Of a stretch of DNA of 64,000 nucleotides, positions 1 through 12,768 are shown piece after piece (position 1 is the stretch's first letter; each line of letters begins with the position of its first letter). The translations under genes were made by a program, and so were the position numbers. The stretch spans positions 161,944,001 through 162,008,000 of the forward strand of contig NC_042999.1 in assembly GCF_006345805.1 (NCBI RefSeq), written 5' to 3'. This stretch comes from Octopus sinensis. Its lineage: Eukaryota. Below the pieces are notes generated by a model. The model had not been told where the DNA came from. It was given only the letters and a program-made list of their open reading frames with translations, and made no database searches.

Positions 1-225
1 CAAAAAATCATCGAAGCATGCAGACACACATAACCAAACTCACCAACCCAGTCCCATGGTTAAACAATTTGCCAAACCCCTCTCCAAAACACATGGAAAA
101 AAGAAAAAAATATTAGCAATCAGAGGTAAAAAAACGAGGCATTAAACAGAATCATTAGATCACACCACAAAGCAAGAGTTTACAAAGAATGAGAAAACAA
201 TAAAACTGATGTTCGATTTTCAAAG

Positions 226-1435
226 ATGAAGGAAACTTTATATACAGAGCTTAAAGCATGCTACTCAGATGACATTAGAGATGTGAGTGTGGAAGTGGCT
301 GAAAGCAAATTAATTGTAAGCCCGGCAGCCACACCAAGAGAAAGTCCTACAACAACACCATCGAAAAGCCCAGTGACCACACCAAATAAAGAGAAAGATG
401 GGGAGGCAGGCAGAATTGCGCAGTCCCTCCCCAAACTGAAACTATAAGTTATCCCTTTCTTTTATTTTTCTCAATGATGATTAAGTTAGGGTGCATAAAT
501 GTGCATGGACTGGGGTTGAAATGGAAACAGGCTTGTTTCCTGGATGACCTCAGGACACGAGATATAAATGTAGCCATTGCAATTGAGTCCAAGTTGAGTG
601 GACCACAAGTGTTCTCACCTCTTCTGAATGGCTATGAGAAATTTGTTTCTCCTAATCAACGAGAAGGAGGGAGCGTGGTGGTCTTTTTCAGGAAGAACTT
701 AGACATGCAGCTAAGTACCGTCTTTCTGGACCCAGAAGGTAGGCTGGTCGTCCTGGAAGTGACTCACAAAAGTAAACAGTCCTTCAGGTTGGTAGCTGTC
801 TATGCTCCTAACGAGCATGGGCAGTCTGTTTTTTTCGAGACTTGGAGCACTTTTTAGTGACATCAAAAATGGTAGTTCTGTTAGGAGACTTTAACACTAT
901 CCTTGATGCGTGGGTGGATAGTGTTGGCTCGATTGATAGGAGGGGAAATCCTGGCCTCAAAGGTCTACTAGAGAGCTATAATCAAGTAGACAATTACAGA
1001 CTGGATGAGCTGAGTGTTCCACAGTGGATGTGGAGTATTTGTTAGAGATAGAGATAAGGATACTTTTAGCTGTCCACAATTTTGTATTGTGTCTTACACA
1101 GATCACAAATTAATGACATGTGAGGTACATATAGATATCATAGACAGGGTCCCGGGTACTGGAAGATGAACAAGTCTATTTTGACTTGTGAAGCCTTCTG
1201 TACTCGGACTAAGATGTTAGTACAGAGGGCACTATGTGGTACCATCATTAACAATAGATGGTGGCACACCCTCAGGAGAGCCATTCATTTAGAGTCTATT
1301 AGAATTAGTAATCAGCTAAGTTTAGATAGATCTAGAATAGAAGGGGAATTAGTTAAGAATTTAGATGAGGCTATCAACTCATTTGATTGCATGTCATTTC
1401 ATGTGGCTGAAGTCTTGAATCCATTCACTGACCAT
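226..1435 (+). mobile_element. Degraded Tx1/L1-clade LINE: ORF1 C-terminus plus ORF2 APE endonuclease, truncated before the RT
   Basis: ORF 226-447 is followed 26 nt later by ORF2 at 474. APE motifs are spread over frameshifted frames: CINVHGL, FRLVAVYAPN, LLGDFN, SYTDHK (~1092-1109) and the Tx1-typical GPGYWKMNKSIL (~1148-1183). Confidence 0.8.
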
Positions 1436-1843
1436 GAATCCATTTATGTATATGCATATAAATGTGCTGGTGAGTGTATGTGTGTGGCTGTTTGTATGAG
1501 TGTCCATGTATAGCGATGTGTATATTGAAGAGTGTGTGTTTGTGGATATAAGTGGAGTGGTATTGTCTTGTGCTTCCTGTCATCCATCTTAATTAACCTG
1601 AAGATGTTCATAAGGAGGATTCTTTAAATAAACCTTAATAGTCTATAAGTTTTCATCAGCTACAAATAGAAATTTAAAACGATTAGTTAATTAGCTCAAC
1701 AAAGACTGCATAGACTACAACTATTCGTTAAGCCACTAACTCAACATAGATGCAGATGATTATGGTAATGGTAATAACAACAACAACAGCAGCAGTGGCG
1801 GTGGCGGCGGCACCACCACCACCACCACTACCAAGCAACAACC

Positions 1844-1942
1844 CATCAGTGGCTGCGAAATTCAGGACTAAAAGCAGAGTCTGATGGTTTCATATTGGCA
1901 GCACAAGGTCAAAGCTTGCTTACCAGAAACTACCAGGCTAAT
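1844..1942 (+). mobile_element. 99-bp fragment of an R4/Dong-type LINE post-RT region, fused to the 5' end of the next element
   Basis: Translates openly as HQWLRNSGLKAESDGFILAAQGQSLLTRNYQAN, homologous to the LKRETESLLVAAQDQTLRTN segment at ~3160-3220. Confidence 0.7.
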
Positions 1943-3872
1943 GGAAGTTGTTAACAGGAATACTTTCAGAAAGCATTTACGAGCACTTTGACAACCAGAA
2001 TTTACTGCAAGAAGAATATAAAGGTTGCAGGAAGAAGGCTAGAGAAACACATGATCTATTATACATAGACTAAGTAGTTTTAAATGAAGTAAAAGCTAGA
2101 AAGAAAAATCTAACAATAGCATGGATAGATTATAAGAAAGCCAATGACATGATCCCAGACTCCTGGATAAGTGAATGTTTAAATATATTCAATATAGCAA
2201 ACAACATAAGAGAATTAATTAGCTGTAGCATGAAGAAATGGAAAGTAGATCTCTACTCAGGTGACACGATCTTAGGGAAAGTTAATATCGAAAGAGGAAT
2301 TTTCCAGGGGGACTTGCTGTCTCTTTTGATATTTGACTTATGTTTGATCCCCCTCAGTTTAGTATTAAGGAAGGCAAAGCACGGTATCAGTTCATAAATA
2401 GTAAGATAAAAATTAACCATTTGCTCTACATGGATAATCTGAAGCTTTTTAATAAGAATGAAAAAGACATTCCTTAATACAGACTGAAAGACTCTTCAGC
2501 AAAGATAAAGGCATGGAATTTGGCATAGATAAGTGTGCAATATTAGTCATGAGAAGGGGACAGGCAGTCAACAGTGAAAGCATCCAGTTACCAGCTGGCC
2601 AGACATTAAAATCATTGAAAGGAGGAGATAGTTATAAGTATCCAGGAGTATTAGAATCTGACAGAGTACTAACTATAGAAATGAAAACGAAAATTGAGAA
2701 GGAGTACATCAGAAGGGTGAGGAAGCTAATGAAGTCGAATCTAGTTGAGGCTGTAAAACCTTGGGCAGTATCATTACTTAGATACTCGGCAGCTTTTGTA
2801 GATTGGACAAAAATTGAATTTGCAAAGCTAGACAGAAGAATTAGGAAGGAATTCAATATGAATGGAGGACTCCACACAAGATCAGGAGTGGCAAGATTAT
2901 ACTTACCTAGATAGGAAGGCGGAAGAGGGTTAATATCAGTAGAAGACTGTGTGGAGTTAGCTACAGTAGATATAGACTCCTATGTAGATAATAGTGAAGA
3001 AAGTTTATTAAAAGTCGCTAGAGTCACAACAAGATATAGGGAAACCAAAAACTCAAACAAAGTTAAAAACCAGAAAAAAGAACAGAAGTTCTCTGACAGG
3101 CAGAAAATAGTTGTAGCAAATAGTAGTGGTGAGACATGGTTATAGTTGCAGAATGAAGGCTGAAAAGGGAGACAGAAAGTTTGTTAGTTGCAGCACAGGA
3201 TCAAACATTAAGGACTAATTAGATAAAAGCCAAGATAGACAAAAACCAAATAGATTCCCAATGTAGGTTGTGCAAATCAAAAGAGGAAAAGGTTATTCAT
3301 ATAGTAAGTGGATGTAGTAGTATGCTGGCAGAGAAAGAATACAAGAAAAGACATGACAACCTAGGGAGAGTAATCCACTTGGAGTTATGTAGAAAGCTAG
3401 GATTGGAACATACTGATAAATGGTATGAACATGAACCTAGTAAAGTACTAGATAGTAAGAAATATAAGATGTTGCAAGACTTTAACATGCAGATGGACAG
3501 AGTAACAGACGCTAGTAGATAAAGAGAACAGAAAGTACAGTCCGAAATGATGAAAAATCAGTATGAGAGGTATAGAAAAAATAGCAAAGTACCAGCACCT
3601 AGCCATTGAATTACAGAGACTAATGGAAAGTGCAGGTAAAATGTATCCCAGTAGTTACAGTTGCATTGGGAACTGTCCCTAAAAATTTGAACAGATAGAT
3701 AGAGGAAATAGGCATAAAACCCAGTTTAGTACAGCTCCAGAAAACAGTGTTATTAGGGACAGCTAAGATACTTAAGAGGGTTCTTGGTAGCTAAGGTTAT
3801 TAGTTGTAGCTTGATGTTAGGAATTTTTCTTTTTCAACAGTCTAATCTGTTGTGTGTATATGAATAATAATA

Positions 3873-3907
<35 letters not shown>
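1942..3907 (+). mobile_element. 5'-truncated R4/Dong-clade non-LTR retrotransposon (RT, CCHC knuckle, restriction-like endonuclease) with (AAT)n tail
   Basis: WIDYKKANDMIPDSWI, RGIFQGD, LLYMDNLKLF (YMDD decayed), MEFGIDKC, RLYLPR, CRLCKSKEEKVIHIVSGC..RHDNLG, and LQKTVLLGTAKILKRVLGS* (stop 3792-3794). (AAT)n at 3863-3907. Many stops and frameshifts. Confidence 0.88.
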
Positions 3908-3908
<1 letters not shown>

Positions 3909-4432
3909 TGGCTGCTGATCTTAACTGACTGGAAGTGTTATCATGTACATTGTTTTGTCTTGGTATAAAAGATGGGCTACAGCAAATATTCTGCTCAATA
4001 CCACAGATTTGCTTGTCAGTTGTTTGACCTTAACCAGTTGAGCATGCCCCTTAGTGGCTGGCGATATGTGCATCTCTGATCACGAGCAGAAGTAGTGGGG
4101 GAGCATCATAGCCATGTGTTGAGAGGGATTCTTTGGAGTTTGAATGATTCACCTCTGGAAACATGGGTGTTTCATTCAACATCCTTAAACAACCCTTAAT
4201 CAGGGACCTTTTGATCGGGATGGGTTACCCAACCAGAAGAAAATTCTAACTGGGCCCCACCCGCAAGGTCATGCACTGTTTATCTTGTTATGAGATCACC
4301 ATGTCGCGCACATATGGTTGTGATGCATGTGCCTGGTGTACCCTTATCAGACGGGTAGTCATGATGGGTATACTGGGCTTCGTATATTTGTACCCCAGTG
4401 TCACTTTGATGGCATGCACTGCTCTCTCACTC

Positions 4433-4474
<42 letters not shown>
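3908..4474 (+). mobile_element. Non-coding interspersed element flanked by (AAT)n on both sides
   Basis: Body 3908-4432 lies between (AAT)n 3863-3907 and (AAT)n 4433-4474. Its 3' ~160 bp (4271-4432) recurs inverted at 16290-16453. Confidence 0.7.
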
Positions 4475-4475
<1 letters not shown>

Positions 4476-4741
4476 TATTCTTTAGCCATAAGGAGCCAAA
4501 GAGATACAAACTATGAAATTTCAATAGGGGTTGCAAACAAAGGGAGCGGAAATGATAACACAAAGCATGAAGAACATGTTTACAAATTATGAAGGTAGGG
4601 GGCTAAGCGACATTACGTAATACATTGAAGGATGTAGTAAACGTTTTTAAGATACACACACACACACATACACATATACATAATACACACATTTGCGTGT
4701 AAATAGATACAAATATATATAATAAAACACAATGATTAATA

Positions 4742-4907
4742 CAAGGAGTGGCTGTGTGGTAAGTAGCTTGCTAACCAACCACATGGTTCCGGGTTCAGTC
4801 CCACTGCATGGCATCTTGGGCAAGTGTCTTCTGCTATAGCCCCGGGCCGACCAATGCCTTGTGAGTGGATTTGGTAGACGGAAACTGAAAGAAGCCTGTC
4901 GTATATA

Positions 4908-4938
<31 letters not shown>

Positions 4939-5148
4939 GTGTTTGTGTGTTTGTCCCCCTAGCATTGCTTGACAACCGATGCTGGTGTGTTTACTTCCCC
5001 GTCACTTAGCAGTTCGGCAAAAGAGACCGATAGAATAAGTACTGGGCTTACAAAGAATAAGTCCCGGGGTCAATTTGCTTGACTAAAGGCGGTGCTCCAG
5101 CATGGCCGCAGTCAAATGACTGAAACAAGTAAAAGAGTAAGAGTAAAA
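4742..5148 (+). mobile_element. tRNA-headed SINE, family A
   Basis: A-box-like TGGCTGTGTGGT and B-box-like GGTTCAGTCCC, central (TA)/(TG) microsatellite, 3' end GACTGAAACAAGTAAAAGAG. At least 8 further copies in the window. Confidence 0.85.
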
Positions 5149-5279
5149 CCTGGAAGATTTTCTGGCTAGTCAAGTTGGATATTTTATGTTTCTAGTTACT
5201 TGACCATTTCTTAAATTGTGTCTAAGTGCAAACGAATACACCATTAAACATGAAACTGACCTCAACAGAATTTATAATC

Positions 5280-5490
5280 TTTTCTACAATGGGCACAATG
5301 ACTGGAATTTAAGGCAAGGGATTAGTTAATTAGATTGACCCTAGTGCTCAACTGGTAGTTATTTTATTGACCCTGAAAGGATGAAAAGTAAGGTTGACCT
5401 CCATAGAATTTGAACTCAGAACATAAGATGGACAAAATACTACTAAGTATTTTGTCTGGCACAATAATGATTCTGCTAGTCGCTGCCTTA
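5280..5490 (-). mobile_element. Diverged SINE family B copy
   Basis: Contains GACCCTGAAAGGATGAAAAGTAAGGTTGACC..GAATTTGAACTCAGAAC, matching 16681-16903. Confidence 0.65.
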
Positions 5491-5683
5491 GTAACATTAA
5501 TAATGATAATGATCTACTACTTATTAACAATGACTTTTTTGTTCATAACACTAACAAAAATTGCATATAAAACAATACACTTTCTAGTGGTTTTGAACAA
5601 CTCCACATGGGTAAACACAATTCTATAACTGTGTGAATGAAAGGAAGACACACATACCTCATTCCCTGACATTAACTGTGAGA

Positions 5684-5867
5684 GTGTGTGTGTGTGTCTG
5701 TGTGTGTGTGTGTGTGCGTGTGTGTGTATGTGTGTATGTGTGAGTGTGTGCGCGTGTGTGTATGTGTGTGTGAGTGTGTGTGTGTGAGTGTGTGAGTGTG
5801 TGCGTGTGTGTGTATGTGTGTGTGAGTGCATGTGTGTATGTATGTGTGTGTGTGTGTGTGTGTGTGT
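5684..5867. repeat. Imperfect (TG)n microsatellite
   Basis: Directly visible. Confidence 0.95.
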
Positions 5868-6106
5868 AGTTTCTCAGAAACAGAGATATAGAAATATGCT
5901 ACCAGCAATAGAGTTATTGAAGTGTTAACTGGGGGACTGATATTGGTCTATTTACATTTTATGCTCATACGCATACCACCACCACCCACCACCACCCACC
6001 ATCATCATCACTTGAACATCCAGTTTAGATTTTAGATAAGGTGACATTTGTTTAATAAATCTGAAATATATTTTGTATGCTCCTAGATCTCGAGTACTGT
6101 CTTCAA

Positions 6107-6394
6107 TCATCATCATTCAATGTCTGTTTTCTATGCTGGCATTGGCGGGACAGTTTGACAGGAGCTGACCAACTGGAGAACTGCACCATTCTCTAATTGT
6201 GTGTTTGGGCATGATTTCAATGGCTGGATGCCCTTCTTAATGCTAGCCACTTCACAGTGTACCGAGTGCATTTTTACATGGCACTAGCATCAGTGCTTTT
6301 TACATGGTACCAGCACAAGTGTTCTTTATGTGGCAACAGCATGGGTGCTTTTGATGTAGTACCAGCACAGGTGCTTTTTAAGTGGTACCAGCAC
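6107..6394 (-). mobile_element. Diverged RTE-LINE 3'UTR fragment with 5 short (~25 bp) internal repeat units
   Basis: (CAT)n tail and GGCTGGATGCCCTTC motif shared with 40130-41121; units of the form gtgcttttacatggtaccagcac. Confidence 0.65.
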
Positions 6395-6846
6395 CCACGA
6401 GCTCACAAGACAGGGACCTCTCAGCTGAGAGAGGAAGTGGAACCGAGAGAGTAGAGTATAACAGAGAGACAAAGATAACCCTCTTACTACCAAGGAGATA
6501 CTTGGCTACCTCACTAGAACCAGTAAGGAGAGGAAGGTGGGAGAGAGTTAAAGAGCGAGATAGCAGTGGAGTACCAAGAGTGGGCAGCACAATTTATTTA
6601 AATTAATATATCATTAATAAAAATGTAGTATGAATATTATAGACTTTAATAATGTATAGTAGCTATTAAAATTTCCTTAAAATTTAAATTTATCATCAGT
6701 AAACTTGTATCATGTGTTAATATTGTGTAATATACAGTATAATATTGTTAATACAGTAATATTGTGTGTCGATGATATTTAGAAAGTTGATTATTTTTTA
6801 GGTTGGTCTATAATCTATTTGGTTTTATTCATATAAATTTATGATA

Positions 6847-7244
6847 TCTTAATATATAAAAGTGAAGTTGTGTGTCTGTCTCCTACGATTTAGATTCCTA
6901 ACTACTCCCACATTTTGCGGTGCAGTTTAACCAAAACCGGGTATCTTATAGTCGTGATTCATATCGAGCCCTTCTGGGTATTAGCGTGCGTCTACGATGA
7001 GTCTACGATTTAAAAAATAATTTACCATCATTTTTTTCCATTTTAATACATTTTTTCGCTATTATATAAGGGAAGTAACTCTCTAAAAATGTCTACGATG
7101 AGTCAACGATTTAAAAAAAAATTTACCATCATTTTTTTCCATTTTAATACATTTTTCGCTATTATATAAGGGAAGTAACTCTCTAAAAATACTTATATAG
7201 TTATTTCCCTTACAAACCCGAGCAACACCGGGCGATACTGCTAG
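6847..7244 (+). mobile_element. Non-autonomous Helitron with a 100-bp internal tandem duplication
   Basis: A|TC 5' end, subterminal hairpin CCCGAGCAACACCGGG, CTAG|T 3' end, no TSD. Duplicated units at 6990-7090 and 7091-7190. Confidence 0.85.
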
Positions 7245-7261
7245 TTACTCATATAATTTGA

Positions 7262-7950
7262 GATGAAGCAAATTAAGGACAGCGATGCAGTATTTAAAAA
7301 AAAAAATACAAGAAAAACGAGAGAAGAAGAAAGGCAAAATGAAGGTGCTATGATTAAATTTCTCATCAGACCCAACCATCCAGATGAAACTGGTATTACT
7401 GTAGAAGGTCATGGAGAGGATGTTGTTAATGAAGCGCAACTTGAAAAGAAGATAGAAGATGGTGATGATGCTGATCCACCACAAACTACACCACAAACAA
7501 AACCCTAATATGTGGCTGTGAATTCAAAGAAGTTGTACATCCAGGACAAATAACAAAACTGAAAGATGGAGACTAGAAGACTGTCAAGACTGGTTTTCAT
7601 GAACTTTACAAAACGGGGAAAAAATCTTGAGAACTTGGATGATATACTATCCATCAAAAGAAGCCAGATTTTGTTTTTGTTGTAAGCTACATTCAAGTGA
7701 AAACTCAAAGTTTTGCTCAGTTGATGGTTTCAAATTTTGGTAGAAGTTGAATCCTAAAATACAAGAACACGAATCTAGCCCTGTGCATGAGAATGCATTC
7801 ACTCAGAGGAAAGAGCTTGAAATACACCAATCCAAAGGCAAAGTAGTAGACAAAGCACAACAAATTCTTGCTGAAAATGAAACACAGAAAATGGAAGCAA
7901 ATCAAATCCTAACTAGATTCTTGGACATAATTATGTTTCTTGCTATTTTT
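7262..7950 (+). mobile_element. hAT transposase N-terminal relic (TTF-type zinc finger, start of DUF4371-like region)
   Basis: Frameshifted translation: EEERQNEGAMIKFL; NGEKILRTWMIYYPSKEARFCFCCKL; DGFKFW*KLNPKIQEHESSPVHENAF; ILTRFLDIIMFLA. Confidence 0.75.
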
Positions 7951-8166
7951 GTAATTCACATTGAACATTTGAACTTGTATTGTGTCTACCTGTGTGAAAC
8001 CGTGTGAATATATATCGGAATTTGTATGAACATTTGATCTACATGTTTTAACACTCAGGTGCATTTTCAACATCCAAACAGACTATATATATATAGAGAG
8101 AAATAGATAGATAGATAGATACACACACATATATGTATGTATAATATATATATATGTGTGTGTGTG

Positions 8167-8970
8167 TGCCACTCCCAAACAGTTGAAGGAATCCGGGACA
8201 GAGGTAGACCCAAGAAGACATGGGACGTTGAGCCTCACAGAGGCTATAACGAAAGACCGAGAGGTCTGGAGATATGCTGTGACTTCGAAGACCCGACAAA
8301 TGAAGTGAGTTCATGGCTTACAGGACGGCCTGCTGCGCTTGAGGAGACCTATTGTGTCAAGTTCATCAACATCAAAATAAAAATCGTATGGATATTGTAG
8401 TTGTGATACCTGTGCTGGTGGCACTTAGGGCCTCACAGAGGAAATGATGAAGACCGAGACCCCTGAGATATGCTGTTACTGTGAAGACCCAACAAATGAA
8501 GTGAGTTCATGGCTCGCAGGACAGCCTGCTGTGCTAACCTTGGATCGAAGAGTGACCCGCTGTTCTCGAGGAGACCTATTGAGTCAAGTACGTCAACACC
8601 AACATCAAAATAAAAATCAAATGGAAATTGTAGTTGAGATACCTGTGCCGGTGACACGTAAAAAGCACTGTCCGAACATGGCAGATGCCAGCGCCGCCTG
8701 ACAGGCGTCCGTGTTGGTGACACGTAAAAGTACCAACCGATCGTGGCCGTTTGCCAGCCTACTCTGGCCCCTGTGCTGGTGGCACGTAAAAAACACCCAC
8801 TACACTCACGAAGTGGTTGGTGTTAGGAAGGGCATCCAGCTGTAGAAACACTGCCAGATCAGACTAGAGCCTGGTGCAGCCTCCTGGCTGCCCAGACCGC
8901 GGTCCAACCGTCCAACCGTCCAACCCATGCTAGCATGGAAAATGGACATTAAACAATGATGATGAGGAGG
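8167..8970 (+). mobile_element. RTE LINE 3' end (RT C-terminus and 3'UTR) with an internal ~198-bp duplication
   Basis: CHSQTVEGIRDRGRPKKTWD. The segment 8232-8424 is repeated at 8430-8657. Ends in GACATTAAACAATGATGATG. Confidence 0.8.
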
Positions 8971-8979
8971 AGGATATAT

Positions 8980-9123
8980 AATTGCAGCATGGAAGGTGTT
9001 TATAAGCCAGTTAAAAACACACAAAAACCATTAGATTCACTTCAACATTTAAATTTCATTTGCCAAAATATTTTTGTCGCTTTGAGACCGTGACCTGTTC
9101 ACTGACAAAATTCCATGCTGCAT
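8980..9123. mobile_element. Solo copy of the repeat that forms the foldback at 49801-50377
   Basis: ATTGCAGCATGGAAGGTGTTT...GACCTGTTCACTGACAAAA..GCTGCAT aligns by eye to both foldback arms. Confidence 0.75.
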
Positions 9124-9128
9124 ATAAG

Positions 9129-9796
9129 TAAGCAAAGACATTTGAGTGTTCACACACAAAGTAAGATATCACAACAGTTAATATCATCTGCAGTGAATAT
9201 GTTTAAATGAGAATATTAACAGCAGTAATATCGACGGTTCAACAGGTCTAATACCATTATATAGCTATAAAATTTAAAGTTAGCACAAGGCATGAAGATG
9301 CGGAAACAGCAGCGACCTGTTTAGAAACAGGAGCTAAATTCCTAATCAACCACCTGAAAGCACCAAATGACAAAAAAACAACAGTAGGCAAAAAAAACGG
9401 ATAAAGAATTAAGACATTAAAAAAAGCATATCTTTAAAGAATATGCCATTCAGATACTCATATACCATGGTTTCAGATTCTGGCCTGAGGGCCTCAACTT
9501 TCTTCAGTATGAGTCACAGATAAAAATTCTAAGCCTGTCACATTATAAGTCTGCCTGTGTTATGGCTTGTTTTGTGCCAAGTCGGTCCACATGGTGCAAA
9601 ATATATATAAGCAAAAACATTTGAGTGTTCACACATGAAGTAAGATATCACTACTGTTAATATCATCTGCAGTGAATATTTTTAAATGATAAATATTTAC
9701 AGCAGTAATATAGGCAGTTCAACAGGTCTAAAAGCATTATATAGAATCTGAAACCATGGTATATGAATATCTGAATGGCATATTCTTTAAAGGTAT
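9129..9796. repeat. Combined direct and inverted repeat structure
   Basis: Direct repeat ~136 bp at 9129-9264 and 9608-9744. Inverted repeat of 54 bp at 9428-9481 and 9743-9796, with 2 mismatches. Confidence 0.85.
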
Positions 9797-9945
9797 ACTT
9801 TTTTTATGTTGAATCACATGTGTCTCGAGATGGGCTAGAGAGTTTCTATTTTGGATATATTTGGGATACTTAATTGTGCTCATGACTTAGTGCTTGCTTC
9901 GTCCATGGGTATAAGTAAGTATTTCACTTATTTCTTTGCCGCATT

Positions 9946-9999
9946 TATCACTGATGAAGGGAAGTTTCTTATGAACTAACTCTGAAATCAGGTCCGATA
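9946..9999 (+). ncRNA. Degenerate type-I hammerhead-ribozyme-like motif
   Basis: CTGATGA (9951-9957), imperfect stem II AGGG..CTCT, GAAA, TCAGGTC with a GUC triplet, stem I TATC/GATA with the innermost pair mismatched. Confidence 0.4.
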
Positions 10000-10150
10000 T
10001 GTTAATAACGAGATTTTTTAGATTTTTAGAAATTCTGTCGGCTTTCTTCGAAGCGTGTGCTTGTAATGATAAATTACATGGTTATTGACGTTATGTCTAT
10101 TTTCGGCATATTTTGGCATTAGAAATTTTTTCTTTTGCTCTTACTTATAA

Positions 10151-10199
<49 letters not shown>

Positions 10200-11965
10200 C
10201 CTTTAGCCAATTTGACATCACCCCAAGTACTTGTATAAAATACAGAAGTTATAATAAATGTCAGACAATAAATATAACTGTATGAAGCTGTGGGTGAGGA
10301 GTTTTGTTTGAACATGTTAAATTGTTCCCCGAGTAATGTGCAGTGTGTGTATGCGCGCGCACATACAAACACACACACACTATAGAAACCTGTAATAATT
10401 TTTCAGATAAACTGAGTGTGTCAGTGATTGCATGTACTTGTATATGGCTGGCAAAAAGTTTAAGAAACTTTACTTCACAATAGTGACTTCCCCCCTTTCG
10501 TTTCTGTATTTGAAAAATCCAGCCTCGTTAACGTTGTCAAATTGATTCTGCATGAAGATTACGTTGGAAGTAGAAGTGTCTTAAGAATGCTCAACTAATA
10601 ATAAGTAGTTTAGTTGAACTTGATACTTTCCAAATCAAGTGAACAAAGAACCACAACATGGTCAATTGACCTGCCTGAGATACCGATATAGCAGCCAAAT
10701 TTCCCTCAATTCACATACTACTGTTTTAAAAATGATGAACGCAATACCTTTAGTAGTCTTTGATATAGTATTTGAAAAATAATTTGGAGGATAATTCAGT
10801 ACAGTAGCTTGAAGTGGGATCAGAAGAGGAAGAATCTGCGCCGGGCGACATTTTTACAGAGGAGGCACTTTTTGTCCTTTGTATAAACCTATATAGGCTT
10901 CGGGGCCCGAGATTAGTGGCCAATTGAAGGGCTGCTCTGAACCTAGCTACGTCACTGGGATTTTTAAAAATGTAGAATAGTCGTAGCTGGACGGTTATGA
11001 TCATCAAAGTCTGCAGTAAGTGTTGAATTGAGACTAAACAAATGAATGTGTATATGTGTGTGTGTGACAGAGAGAAAGAGAGAATTTTGAGAGAAAATGT
11101 TTGAAGGGAACAGAATGAAGATGAATTCGATCAAACATGAGCTGCGCCTAAGCGACCACTCACTGACAACCCAAACCTATCACCGTCATAAGAACAACAG
11201 ATGACAGTTTTTTTTTTAAATATTAATATTAAACGTTAGCCAGTCTAGCATCACCATATCACGTTTAACACGCTCCAGTTCCACAATATGTCAGTGGAGC
11301 CAGTCATTATTTCATAGCACTTATCAACCGACCATGCAGCCATCTCCTTTCTCGGCTTGAACCCCTTCTCTTCCAAACCCAGCCAGCCATTACGAAATCA
11401 CCGCCACCGCTAATTACCGCTCTCTCAATCACTGACCTCTCTTACTGACCCACACCTTTTCCACGCCCACCAGCACTCCGCAACCAACAATACCACTCGG
11501 ACTCTCCCACCACCACCACCACCACCACTATCCACGCTCTCCCACCACTTTTCAACCACTATAACTACAATCAACATCACTACCTCATCGACAATTCTAA
11601 ACTGGGATGGTTATGAGACGGCCACACTCACTCATACGCACATCTAACCTACGGGACCAAACACTACACTCTGGTTTAAACAGAGAAAGAGAGAAAATAT
11701 AAGCCAGCCAGAGAGAGAGAAAGGAAATTTAGTGGTAGAAAAAAAACTGTAAACGAAAGAGAAAGAAAGAGAGTAACGCCGTCGAGGCCAGCCAGACAGA
11801 TGTTGATCTTTGTCAAGAGATTCGGACGGTGTTTCGGTTTCACCTAAGTTGGACTCAACAACAAGTGAAAAAAAGCTGCACATCTATATAAAATACAAGT
11901 TTGCACCACACAGGTAGGCATGTGTGCATACTGTAATTAATACTGATTAAAACGCTTAAGAAATC

Positions 11966-12007
<42 letters not shown>

Positions 12008-12710
12008 TGTGTGTTTATTTATAGAAATAGAGAGGGCGAACTAATCTAATCGGATATTAAGGAAAGATTGATACCCAATTGTCGAGTAAGTAACCTGCTT
12101 AATTAAATATACTTGTTGGTTTTTAAGTGCGTCTTGCTTGCTTGTGCGTGTGTGCTTTGTGGGTGTCTGATTGTAAATTGATGTGTTTAAAACTTTGTGC
12201 TTTTACCTCCAAAACATGTTGGCTCTGTAAACATGTATTTGTTTTAGACATACACGCGTATAAACACTCACCCAACAAATACACTCATTTGTATATGTAT
12301 TTCTGTGTTTATATAATGTACGTATTTGTTTGTTTTTAAATACACGCACATATTTCATTCATTAATAGTTAATCTGTGGATCTTTTTCCACGCTATATCG
12401 CTTCTTCCATCGCTCAGTTTATTTCCACCTCCTTCCTCTTCGTCTGTCAATCTTTCCACAAACATATTCTACGTCTGTTGGTATTGTTTGTATACATTTG
12501 CACACAGCTACCTGAGCTGCGATGAGAAGAGAAAGAGAAAGTGTATGGGTGTTTATATATATGCGAAGTAGCAACAGTGATAACTCGGCTTGGAATGAAT
12601 GAAAAAAGATTTACCTTTATTGACTATCTTTCTCAAAACGCACGCACACACTCACACTTTATTCCCTCATGTTCGCAGCGACAGATTTTATCGGTTGATT
12701 TATATCTGAA

Positions 12711-12767
<57 letters not shown>

Positions 12768-12768
12768 G

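Noticed and set aside
7262-8007. ZMYM1-like zinc-finger gene
   Set aside because: Stops and frameshifts without splice signals, truncated; better explained as a hAT transposase relic.
10750-11007. 85-aa minus-strand ORF with apparent splice sites
   Set aside because: No recognisable homology, a stop falls just before the putative donor, and a plus-strand donor explains the site equally well.
11815-11875. Hammerhead-like GAAAC-ACC-GTC on the minus strand
   Set aside because: No acceptable CUGANGA core correctly spaced from a paired stem II.
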